Shown here: positions 14,416-22,700 of the stretch, one piece after another
How positions within the stretch are numbered: position 1 is the first letter of the stretch
Layout: each line of letters begins with the position of its first letter
Source of the DNA: Planctomycetota bacterium
GTDB taxonomy: Bacteria > Planctomycetota > PLA2 > JAEUHO01
Reading direction: 5' to 3'
Length of the DNA: 25,741 nt
Assembly: GCA_050248855.1 (NCBI GenBank)
Contig: JBFWRP010000043.1
Coordinates: 1 to 25,741, forward strand
Notes under the pieces: generated by a model
Seen by the model: the letters and a program-made list of their open reading frames with translations, nothing else
What the model was told of the DNA's origin: nothing
Database searches by the model: none
Made by a program: the position numbers and the translations under genes

Positions 14416-17400
14416 ATGACCACCACCCCCGATCCGTCCGAGCTCGATCCCGCCACGCCGCCCGCCGGCGATGGCGGCGCGGCCACGCCCGCCGGTGACG
14501 AACCGTCTTCGGTGCCGTCCCCGACGCCCGCGGCCGGGCAGCTGGAGCAGCCGGCCGAGGGCGGCACGGCGGCCGATGCGGACTCCTCCGCGAACGACGC
14601 GGAAGGCGCAGGGGATGGCGCGGACGAGAGCCACGGCACGGAAGTCGGGGCCCGGGGCAAGAAGGCCGGGTCGGCCAAGAAGCGCGCGGGGCGCAAGGGC
14701 AAGGCCCGACCGAAGGGCAAGCGCCCGCCGCCCGTGCGCGCACCCGAGCCGCCGCCGCTCGATGCCGAGCAGGAAGCTGCCGCGATCGAGGCCGCTCGCG
14801 AGCGCACCGTCGCCGAGGGCGGCGGTTCGCGCGAGGTCGTCTTCCGCACGCTGGACCTGTTGGGCGCCGGCGCGTCGATCGCGTTCCTGGCCCGCTTCCG
14901 GCGCGGCGAGACGGGCGGACTGGACGAGCGTCGCCTGCGCCAGCTGCGCGACCACTACGACGCGGTGCTCGTCCAGGAGCGCCGGCGTCGCAGCATCGAG
15001 CTGTTGCTCCGCGACCGGGGTTCGTGGAGTGACGAGGTCGGCGAGCGCTTGGCCGCCGCCCGCGAGATCGCCGACATGGACGACCTCGCGGCCGCCCACC
15101 TGACGGTGACCATGAGCCGCGCGATGCTGGCCCGCGGCCACGGCTTGGAGTCGCTCGCGACCGGCATCCGCGGCGCGTCCGAGCCCACACCCTTGAGCGA
15201 GCTGGCCGCGCCCTTCGTCAAGGAGGGCGGCGAGCCCGCCACGCTCGACGAAGCGCTGGGCGGGGCCCGCGACATCCTTGCCGAGGAGATGGCGCTGGAC
15301 CCGGGGCTGCGGGGCCGCCTGCGGGCCCTGTACCGCAAGCAGGCCGTGCTGCACGTAGGCGCACGGCCCGAGCGCCGCACCGGCTCGAAGTCCGCGCCCA
15401 CGGCGGAAGAGGCCGAGGCCGCCGCCCGCGAGGCCGCACGCCAAGCCGACGCCGCCCCCGAGCCCTTCGACGGCAACCTCGAGCCGTCCGAGGCCCCGGC
15501 CGAGGCCCCGCCGGAGGGCCACGACGTGGCCCCCGCCACCGCAGCGTCGGAGGATCCGGCCGACGCGCCCGCGTCGGCACCCGCCGGCGCACCGCCGGAG
15601 GCCCCCCCCGCCACGGCCCCCGTCGCGACCAAGGCGGCGCCCGCCAAGTCGCCGCCCGCCAAGGGGCGCGGCAAGCGCACCCCGAAGCCGGCCAAGCCCG
15701 GCAAGGACGGTGGCCTGATCGGCTTCCAGGCGCCGATCTCGAAGATCCCCCCGCTCAAGTGGTTCGCGATCCGCCGCGCCGAACGCCAGCGTCTGGTCGT
15801 GGTCACGATCGAGCCGCCGGAAGACGCTGCGCTCGCGATCGTCGGCGAGTCGGTCGTGCCCGAAGGCCATCCCCACGCAGGCTTCCTGCGCGCGGCCGCG
15901 GAGGACGGCTACCGCCGCCTCTTGAAGCCGCTGCTGCAGGCGCAGATCCGCCATGAGCTGCAGGAGCGCGCCGAGGACCAGCTGTTCGAGGGCTTCGAGC
16001 GCAACCTGCGCAACAACGTCCTCGCGCCCCGCGGCGGCGGCTTGCGCGTCATGGGGCTGCGCCCCGACGTCATCAAGGGCCACCGGTGGTGCGTCGTGGA
16101 CGCCGAGGGCCTGCCGGTGGGCAGCGGACAGCTGCCGCACGAGCCCACGGCCGGGCGCGAGGCGTGCGTCACCGAGCTCAAGGAGCTGCTCGACCGCTAC
16201 GAGGTGCAGGCGATCGCCATCGGCACCGGCGGAGGACGCGCGGAGGCGCGTCGCCTCGTGGCCGAGGCCTCGCCGGGCCAGGACCGCACCGTCGTGGAGG
16301 TCCACGACGGCGGAACGCGCTCCTGCGAGCAGCAGGGCGACCTCGAAGTCGCGGACCGCCCGAAGGTCGCCGCGGACCAGCGCGGCGCGTTGTCGCTGGC
16401 CCGCCGCTTCCAGGACCCGCTCCACGAGCTGGCGCACATCGAGGCCAAGGCCCTGGGCCTGGGCCCCCACCTCTTCGACGTCAGCCCCTCGCGCTTGAAG
16501 CGCATGGTGCACGACGTGTTCGAGAGCGCGCTGGCATTCGCCGGCTACGACCCCAACACGTCGTCGCTCGAGGTGCTGCGGCACGCTCCCGGCTTCGACC
16601 GTGCGCGGGCCAAGGCCTTCCTCACGTGGCGCGACAGCGGCGCGGCGCTCCGCGCCAAGGCCGAGCTCGCCACGATCGACGGCCTGGGGCCAGAGGTTGC
16701 AGAGCAGGCCGTCGGCTTCATGCGCATCGAGGGTGCGCCCGACTTGCGCGACCGCACGCAGCTGCACCCCGAACACTACGGGCTGGTCGATCGCATGGCC
16801 GAGCAGCTGGGCACGGACGTGGAGACGCTGTTTGCCGAGCCGCGCGCGCGTGCCGACGTGCGGCTGGACGCGCTGGTGGACGACGACCACCCGATGCCCG
16901 TGCTCAAGTACGTGCTGTGGCAGCTCACGGCGGGCCTCGGCGACCCGCGCCCGTTCTACGTGGCGCACCCGATCCTGGTTCCCGACACGATGCGTCTCGA
17001 GGACCTGCAGCCGGGCCAGGAAATGCAGGGCCGGGTCGTCAGGGCAGCGCCGTTCGGCGTGTTCGTGGACGTGGGCTTCCGGCGTCTGGAGGCGTTGCTG
17101 CCCATGGCGCACATCGGCGACCGTCCGGGCACGGAGCCGTCCACCGTGGCGCCGCTCGGCGCCGTGATCACCGCCCGCGTGCTGGAGGCCGACCCGGGCC
17201 GCCGCAAGCTGACGCTCACGATGCGCCGCGACGCGTTCGGTCGTGGGCCGCGTCCGTTCGCCCAGCGCGGTGGCGGGCGCCCGCATCAGGGTGGCGAAGA
17301 CCGTCCGCCCCGGGCCGGCGGCGGTCGCGGGCCGCGCCGGGAAGGCGATCGCGAGGGCGCTCGCGGCGGCCGGCCGCAGGAGCGCCGCGAGCAGCCTGCG

Positions 17401-17823
17401 GGCCCCCGCATGTTCGCAGCCAGCGGTTCCGGCCCAGCGCGTCCCGGGCAGGGGCGTCCGGGGCAGGGTCGTCCGGGGCAGGGGCGTCCGGGTGAGGGCG
17501 GCGGTGGCCGCGGGGCCCGAGGTCCGGGCGGCCCGGGCGGCCCCGGTGGCGGCCGCGGCGGCGAAGGCGGCCGTGGTGGCGGCGGTCGTGGAGGCGGCGG
17601 CGGGGGGCGCGGGCGCGACGGCGGCGGCTTCTCGTTCGATCGTGGTGGTGGCCGCGGCGGACGCTTCCAGGACCGCGACGTGCCGCGTCGCATCTCGCTC
17701 GGCCCCGATCACGGCGCCGAGAAGGAAGCCGACGTCGTCGACGAGAGCCTTCTGTCGCCCGAGGAGCTGCTCAAGCGCAAGCTCGAGATGCTCCAGAAGA
17801 AGCTGCAGCGCCCGGACGCGTAG
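14416..17823 (+). CDS. tex: Tex/YhgF-like S1 RNA-binding transcription accessory protein with low-complexity expansions
   Basis: GASIAFLARFRRGETGGLDE, ARGHGLE.LA, EALGGARDILAE, AIAIGTG, RGALSLARRFQDPL.EL..IE.KALGLG, HhH region, LRDRTQLHPEHY, DPR, S1 domain (G.V...APFGVFVDVG). Start ATG 14416 inferred. Confidence 0.88.
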   Translation: MTTTPDPSELDPATPPAGDGGAATPAGDEPSSVPSPTPAAGQLEQPAEGGTAADADSSANDAEGAGDGADESHGTEVGARGKKAGSAKKRAGRKGKARPKGKRPPPVRAPEPPPLDAEQEAAAIEAARERTVAEGGGSREVVFRTLDLLGAGASIAFLARFRRGETGGLDERRLRQLRDHYDAVLVQERRRRSIELLLRDRGSWSDEVGERLAAAREIADMDDLAAAHLTVTMSRAMLARGHGLESLATGIRGASEPTPLSELAAPFVKEGGEPATLDEALGGARDILAEEMALDPGLRGRLRALYRKQAVLHVGARPERRTGSKSAPTAEEAEAAAREAARQADAAPEPFDGNLEPSEAPAEAPPEGHDVAPATAASEDPADAPASAPAGAPPEAPPATAPVATKAAPAKSPPAKGRGKRTPKPAKPGKDGGLIGFQAPISKIPPLKWFAIRRAERQRLVVVTIEPPEDAALAIVGESVVPEGHPHAGFLRAAAEDGYRRLLKPLLQAQIRHELQERAEDQLFEGFERNLRNNVLAPRGGGLRVMGLRPDVIKGHRWCVVDAEGLPVGSGQLPHEPTAGREACVTELKELLDRYEVQAIAIGTGGGRAEARRLVAEASPGQDRTVVEVHDGGTRSCEQQGDLEVADRPKVAADQRGALSLARRFQDPLHELAHIEAKALGLGPHLFDVSPSRLKRMVHDVFESALAFAGYDPNTSSLEVLRHAPGFDRARAKAFLTWRDSGAALRAKAELATIDGLGPEVAEQAVGFMRIEGAPDLRDRTQLHPEHYGLVDRMAEQLGTDVETLFAEPRARADVRLDALVDDDHPMPVLKYVLWQLTAGLGDPRPFYVAHPILVPDTMRLEDLQPGQEMQGRVVRAAPFGVFVDVGFRRLEALLPMAHIGDRPGTEPSTVAPLGAVITARVLEADPGRRKLTLTMRRDAFGRGPRPFAQRGGGRPHQGGEDRPPRAGGGRGPRREGDREGARGGRPQERREQPAGPRMFAASGSGPARPGQGRPGQGRPGQGRPGEGGGGRGARGPGGPGGPGGGRGGEGGRGGGGRGGGGGGRGRDGGGFSFDRGGGRGGRFQDRDVPRRISLGPDHGAEKEADVVDESLLSPEELLKRKLEMLQKKLQRPDA
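17440..17499 (+). repeat. 4 x 15-nt coding tandem repeat (RPGQG x3, RPGEG)
   Basis: CGTCCSGGGCAGGGK units read directly within the Tex tail. Confidence 0.85.
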
Positions 17824-17853
17824 CGCTCGGCGTCTCGAAGGACGTGAGACGCG

Positions 17854-17985
17854 GTACGGAGGCGGGGAATTCTTCCGCAACTTGCCGCCCTGATTGCTCC
17901 CATGCGGAAGCGCTCTTCGGCAAGTTGCGGAAGAAATCCCCGCCTCCGTACGGGCTTTCGGCAAGCTGCGGAAGAACTCCCCGCC
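17854..17985. repeat. 98-nt REPIN-like element, subfamily B (17854-17951), plus an extra partial arm (17959-17985)
   Basis: Same arms and same GAGACGCG / GGGCTTT flanks as the copies at 8981 and 10993; lies between convergent tex and PhzF genes. Confidence 0.95.
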
Positions 17986-18000
17986 ACCTGCGTAGTCGGG

Positions 18001-18819
18001 CTACTCCTCGTCCTGCAGCAGGAGCTCCCCGCGGACGTAGAGGACGGCGGTGCCGGAGAGCAGGACGCGGTTGCCCTTCTGCGAGCCGACGAGGCTTCCG
18101 CCGCGCGGGCCGACCTGGTCGCAGCTGATCTCCTTCGCGCCCAGGCGCGAGCACCAGTACGGCACCAACGCCGCATGCGCCGAACCCGTGACCGGGTCCT
18201 CGGGAACACCGATCGCCGGCGCGAAGAAGCGCGAGGCGACGTCGGCGTCCGCGCCGGGAGCGGTCACGATCACGCCCTGCGGCGCGGCTACAGCCAGCGC
18301 TGCCATGTCGGGCACGAGGCCCCGCACGGTGTCCTCGTCGGGCAGCTGCACCAGCCACCGCCCGGCCGCCGTGGCGCGTACGTCCTTGGGCGCCACGGAG
18401 AGCCCCAACGCCGTCAACAGCGCCGGCGTGGCCCGCGCCTCGCGGAGCTCGACGCTCGGCAGGTCGATGCGTACGCCGTCCTCGTCGCCCAGCCACTCCG
18501 CCCCCAGCGCACCGCTGGCGGTGTGGAACGTCACGCGGTCCACGTCCGGGTCCACGTCCTGGAAGATCGTGTACGCGGCCGCGAGCGTGGCGTGGCCGCA
18601 GAGGTCGACCTCGACCTCGGGCGTGAACCACCGCAGGTCCCAGTCGTCGTTCTCGCGGTGCGGCTGCAGGAAGGCCGTCTCCGACAGGCGGTTCTCGGCC
18701 GCGATCTGCTGCATGACGTCCACGTCCGGGAAGATGTCGTCGAACACGACGGCCGCCGGGTTGCCGGAAAACCGGTCGGACGTGAACGCGTGGACCACGT
18801 AGAAGGGCAGCGAGCTCAT
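18001..18819 (-). CDS. PhzF family phenazine biosynthesis-like isomerase/epimerase
   Basis: AFT...FSGNPAAV, MQQIAAE.RLSETAF, LRWFTPEVEVDLCGHATLA, SRFFAP.IGVPEDPVTGSA; 4-bp overlap with the upstream gene. Confidence 0.93.
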   Translation of the reverse strand: MSSLPFYVVHAFTSDRFSGNPAAVVFDDIFPDVDVMQQIAAENRLSETAFLQPHRENDDWDLRWFTPEVEVDLCGHATLAAAYTIFQDVDPDVDRVTFHTASGALGAEWLGDEDGVRIDLPSVELREARATPALLTALGLSVAPKDVRATAAGRWLVQLPDEDTVRGLVPDMAALAVAAPQGVIVTAPGADADVASRFFAPAIGVPEDPVTGSAHAALVPYWCSRLGAKEISCDQVGPRGGSLVGSQKGNRVLLSGTAVLYVRGELLLQDEE

Positions 18820-21026
18820 CGGGCGGGGATCTCCAGGCGGCAGGCCGTGATGCGGTCGCCGATGCGGATCGTATCGACGGCCGTCATCGGACCCACCACG
18901 CGGCCGTAGGCGCTGTAGCGCTCGTCGAGCGGCTTGTAGTCGCCGAGCATGAAGAACAGCTGGCAGCCGCCGTCGTCCTTCACGCTCTTGGGCATGCCGA
19001 GCACGCCGCGTGCGTACGAGATGTCCGTGATCTCGTCGGGCAGCGTCCAGCCGGCGTTGCCCGCGCCCGTGCCGGTGGGATCACCGCCCTGGATGACGAA
19101 GCCGGGCACGACGCGATGCCAGCGCGTGTCCTTGTAGAGGCCGGCATGCACGTTGAGCACGAAGGCGACTGCGTGCACGGGAGCCGCCTCGGCGTCGACC
19201 TCCACCGTGATCGGCCCCGCCGTGGTCTCGAGGACGGCCTTCGGCTTGACGCGCGTGATCCAGTCGGCGATGCGCAGGATCTCGGTCTCGTCGAGCATCG
19301 GCCCGCTGCCCGTGAGGCCCCAGGCCTCGAGCGGTTCCGCGGGCCGCGGCAGGCCGCGCCAGTCGTTGACGGGGCCGTCGTCCGCGGGCATCTCCTCACC
19401 CGCTTTCGTCAGGGCCTCGCGAGCCGCGAGGCGTGCGAATGCGGAATGCGCCGAGCGCGCGAACGGGTGCAGGGCCTTGCGGAACGCGGCTTGGGCTTCA
19501 CCCTCCGTGGCGCCGGCGCGCGCAACGAGAGCGGTCACCACGCCGCGCTCGAGCTCGTCGTGCGGATCCTCTTGGCCCGCGATGACGGTCGCGAGATCCA
19601 GGAGCGCTGCGTCCACGGCGTCGTCGTGGATCGCCTCGACGGCGCCGACGGCGAAAGCGAGGACGTACGGACGCTCCGTGCGGAGCTTCTCGGAGCGAAG
19701 GAAGCGGCCCAACCACGCGGGGAGGTCCGCGGGCGGCTTCGCGCCTTGGGGCGTCTTCGATGCCGCGGGCTTCGAAGCCTCCTCGAACACGGCCATCCAC
19801 GTGGCTGCTTGCAGCTCGCCGGCCTCCGCCTTCTCGGCCGTGTACGCCTCCGGCACGGGGTCACCGCCCGCCAAGGACCAGTCCCGGACCATGTTCGTGA
19901 TCTCGGCCAGTGCCGGATCCCCGAGCTCCCCAGCGCTGACTACCCCATAGCGCATCAGAAGGAAGGACTTCGCGCTGTCGCTGAGCTCGGCTCGATACAG
20001 GCGCGCCTTGAGGCGGGCATCGGACTCGCGCCAGGCGGCCCCTGTGACCGTTTCGTCGCGATCGATGCGCTTGGACTCGGCCAGCACGTCGTACGCCTGC
20101 CCACGCGTCACGGCGTTCGTGGACAGGAGGTACTGATCCACAAGTGCGTCCACCGTCGCTCCGGAGCGCGGACCGAGCAGCCGCCAGAGCACTTCCTGGT
20201 CGCCGCGGTCGTCGCCGGGACGCGGCGCCAGCAGGTGCTGCAGCAAGGCGTCGGCGGCGGGATCCGCCAAGCGCGCACTCGGAGGCACGAGACCTGCCAG
20301 CACGCGCGCAAGATCCACCCGGCGCGACGCGTCGGCGCCGTGCCGACGCAGGAGCTGTCCGACCAAGACCTCGTCGCCCGCCCAGTCGGCGTTGGCGGCC
20401 TTCGCCGCCTGGACGCGCCGGCCGGCGAGACGCCACGCGGCGTGCCACGCGGCGTCGCGCACCGCAGGTGCGGGGTCGGCCAGCATGGCGACGACGCGCT
20501 CCAAGGCGCCCTCGTCGCCGCCGCGGGCGAGCCCCGTGAGGGCCGCGGCGCGCACGTCGGCACGCGTGTCGAGCAGGAGGGGGCCGAGATCTTCCAGCAC
20601 GCCGCGGGCGTCGCACCAACCCAGGGCGGCGGCTGCGGCCTTCACGACCTCGGAGTCGTCGCTTGCCAGATGCTCGCGCATGGCGGTCGCGAGATCCTTG
20701 GACATGACGACGCCGGCACTCCAGAGCACCAGGGGCAGGTTCGGCTCGCCCTCGGCCTCCAGCAGCGGGAGGAGCGCATCCTTCGCAGGCTCGCCGATGC
20801 GGCCCAACGCCCGGATGGCCTGGCGGCGCAGGGCGGGATCGGCATCGCGCTGCAGCCACGGCGCGAGATCCGCGACCGGCCCCCGTCGCAGCTCGATGCC
20901 CAGGATGGTCGCGCGGGCGGCGAGGGAATCGGTCGACGGCGAGGCCTCTTCGGCGCGCAGCGGCGAGCCGAGGACGACGAGCAAGGCGAGCGACAAGACG
21001 ACACGGGACAGGCGGCGACGCTTCAT
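18816..21026 (-). CDS. Exported HEAT-repeat protein with C-terminal cyclophilin-type peptidyl-prolyl isomerase domain
   Basis: Signal peptide MKRRRLSRVVLSLALLVVLGSPLRA; HEAT repeats; LETTAGPI...WHRVVPGFVIQGGDPTGTG...RGVLGM...GGCQLFF...YGRVV. Confidence 0.88.
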   Translation of the reverse strand: MKRRRLSRVVLSLALLVVLGSPLRAEEASPSTDSLAARATILGIELRRGPVADLAPWLQRDADPALRRQAIRALGRIGEPAKDALLPLLEAEGEPNLPLVLWSAGVVMSKDLATAMREHLASDDSEVVKAAAAALGWCDARGVLEDLGPLLLDTRADVRAAALTGLARGGDEGALERVVAMLADPAPAVRDAAWHAAWRLAGRRVQAAKAANADWAGDEVLVGQLLRRHGADASRRVDLARVLAGLVPPSARLADPAADALLQHLLAPRPGDDRGDQEVLWRLLGPRSGATVDALVDQYLLSTNAVTRGQAYDVLAESKRIDRDETVTGAAWRESDARLKARLYRAELSDSAKSFLLMRYGVVSAGELGDPALAEITNMVRDWSLAGGDPVPEAYTAEKAEAGELQAATWMAVFEEASKPAASKTPQGAKPPADLPAWLGRFLRSEKLRTERPYVLAFAVGAVEAIHDDAVDAALLDLATVIAGQEDPHDELERGVVTALVARAGATEGEAQAAFRKALHPFARSAHSAFARLAAREALTKAGEEMPADDGPVNDWRGLPRPAEPLEAWGLTGSGPMLDETEILRIADWITRVKPKAVLETTAGPITVEVDAEAAPVHAVAFVLNVHAGLYKDTRWHRVVPGFVIQGGDPTGTGAGNAGWTLPDEITDISYARGVLGMPKSVKDDGGCQLFFMLGDYKPLDERYSAYGRVVGPMTAVDTIRIGDRITACRLEIPAR

Positions 21027-21033
21027 GGCCGAC

Positions 21034-21039
21034 AACCTA
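21034..21039 (-). promoter_or_regulatory. Putative -10 element (TAGGTT) 7 nt upstream of ATG 21026; leaderless-type start
   Basis: TANNNT hexamer at leaderless spacing; AGGT could alternatively act as a weak Shine-Dalgarno. Confidence 0.35.
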
Positions 21040-21076
21040 CCTGCGTCGCGAAACGGATGATGGCGGCGGCCATGAG

Positions 21077-21195
21077 CCGTACGGAGTCGGGTGAACCGTA
21101 CGGAGTCGGGTGAGATTCCACCCTCGGGCCGTTGCGCGCTACCGCATGGGTGTAGTCCCCGCGGCCCGAGGGTGGAATCTCACCCGACTCCGTAC
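21077..21195. repeat. 98-nt REPIN-like element, subfamily A (21098-21195), preceded by a partial arm (21077-21094)
   Basis: Perfect 34-bp inverted arms GTACGGAGTCGGGTGAGATTCCACCCTCGGGCCG with a 30-nt spacer. Confidence 0.95.
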
Positions 21196-21211
21196 CGCGG
21201 TGCCGCGGACC

Positions 21212-22531
21212 CTACGGAGGCGGGAACAGCACCGCGTGGAGCGCGCGCACGGTGTCGCCGCCACGCTCGGTGGGCACCACGATCTGCAGGTTGGTCTTGG
21301 TCGCCCCGTAGGAGATCGCGCGAATCGGCACCTTGGCTTCCGCCAGGGCCTGGAACACGCGGCCCGCCAGCCCGCTGGCCTGTCGCATGCGCTCGCCGAT
21401 CACGGCGACGAGCGCATTGCCTTCGGTCACGGAGACCTTCCCGAACCGCTTCATGTCCTCGATCACGTCGTCCAAGCGCTCGCGCTCGTCCACGGACACC
21501 GTCACCGAGACCTCGCTGGTGGCGATCAGGTCCACGACGACGTCGTGGCGCTGGAACACCTCGAACACCTGCGCCATGAAGCCCGACTGGCCGAGCATGC
21601 GGCCCGACGTGACGTTGACGAGCGTGATGTCGTTCTTGCTGGCGATCGACGCCACTTCGTGGGCGGCGCGGGGCCGCGTGGGGGCGATGACCGTGCCCGC
21701 CGCGGCCGGGTCCATCGTGTTGAGGATGCGTACGGGGATGCGAGCTTCCACGGCGGGCTGGATCGTGGCGGGGTGGATGACCTTCGCGCCGTAGTAGGCG
21801 AGCTCGCTCGCTTCGGCGTAGGTCAGCGAGGCCACGGGACGCGCTTCCGGCACGAGCCGCGGGTCGGCCGTGAGCACGCCGCTCACGTCCGTCCAGATCT
21901 CAACTTCCTCCGCGCCGATCGCCTTGCCCACGATCGTGGCCGTGAAGTCCGAGCCCGAGCGGCCGAGCGTGGTCACGTTGCCGTCGCGATCCCGGCCGAT
22001 GAAGCCCGTCACCACGGGGATGCCCTCGACCGCCGCCAGCGCGGCGCGCAGGTTCGTGTATGCCTCGGGCCGCGGCGCGGCGCGGGTGTACCGACTGTCG
22101 GTGACAAGGCCCGCTTCGTCGGCCATGACGGGCGTGGCGGGTAGGCGGCGGCGGCGCAGCACGGTCGCGATGGCGCGTACCGACATGCGCTCGCCGAAGG
22201 ACGCCACGGCGTCCAAGCTGCGCGGGGTCAGCTCGCCCAGCAACGCGAGGCCGCGAAACATCTGGTCGAGGCGTTCGAGGTCCTCCTCGACGATCGAGAT
22301 GTCCAGCCCCAACGCCTCGAGCACGACCTGCTCGCGCGAACGGACGGGCCCGAGGTCGGGGTTGCCCGCGGCGGCGCGGCGCGCACCCTCGAGCAGCAAG
22401 TCGGTGATGCCGCTGTGCGCCGAGCAGACGAGCACGGGGCTGCGCTCGCGCCGCTGGCGGACCAGCGAGACGACCGTGTCGATGCGCTGGCGGTCCCCCA
22501 GCGACGTCCCGCCGAACTTCATGACGAGCAC
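21212..22531 (-). CDS. lysC: Aspartate kinase (monofunctional, two ACT domains)
   Basis: VMKFGGTS, SFGERMS, VVTGFIG, TTLGRSGSDFTA, IWTDVSGVLTADPR, ELAYYGAKVIHP, ACT motifs GFMAQVF...VDLIATSEVSV. GTG start at 22531 with GAGGGAG Shine-Dalgarno. Confidence 0.95.
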   Translation of the reverse strand: MLVMKFGGTSLGDRQRIDTVVSLVRQRRERSPVLVCSAHSGITDLLLEGARRAAAGNPDLGPVRSREQVVLEALGLDISIVEEDLERLDQMFRGLALLGELTPRSLDAVASFGERMSVRAIATVLRRRRLPATPVMADEAGLVTDSRYTRAAPRPEAYTNLRAALAAVEGIPVVTGFIGRDRDGNVTTLGRSGSDFTATIVGKAIGAEEVEIWTDVSGVLTADPRLVPEARPVASLTYAEASELAYYGAKVIHPATIQPAVEARIPVRILNTMDPAAAGTVIAPTRPRAAHEVASIASKNDITLVNVTSGRMLGQSGFMAQVFEVFQRHDVVVDLIATSEVSVTVSVDERERLDDVIEDMKRFGKVSVTEGNALVAVIGERMRQASGLAGRVFQALAEAKVPIRAISYGATKTNLQIVVPTERGGDTVRALHAVLFPPP

Positions 22532-22700
22532 GGAATCGGCTCCCTCGGGGCGTTCTGCGGGCCGTCCAGCGGCCGTGCCCGTGCCCGGCATCATGCCATC
22601 GCGGCGCCGCGCTGCACGCGATGCGGGACGCCTCCGCCCCGGGGGTAGGGGGCAGCGCTCGGCGCTACACTCGGCGGTCCGAGCCCGACCGGAGGTCCTC

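Noticed and set aside
13960..17964. Long antisense ORFs (13960-17964, 199-1986, 1607-3433, 4756-7143, 19116-21113 and others)
   Set aside because: They overlap well-supported genes on the opposite strand, lack recognisable motifs, and are expected shadows in GC-rich DNA.
18001..18819. PhzF gene as evidence of phenazine biosynthesis
   Set aside because: No other phz genes nearby; stand-alone PhzF-family proteins are widespread.
21074..21107. GAGCCGTACGG...GTGAA...CCGTACGG as group II intron domain V
   Set aside because: Fully explained by a partial plus a full subfamily-A arm and the palindrome CCGTACGG; no other intron domains or intron-encoded protein.
22532..22700. Lysine riboswitch upstream of lysC
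   Set aside because: The 169-nt region is shared with the divergent gene's promoter and shows no recognisable L-box conserved segments.
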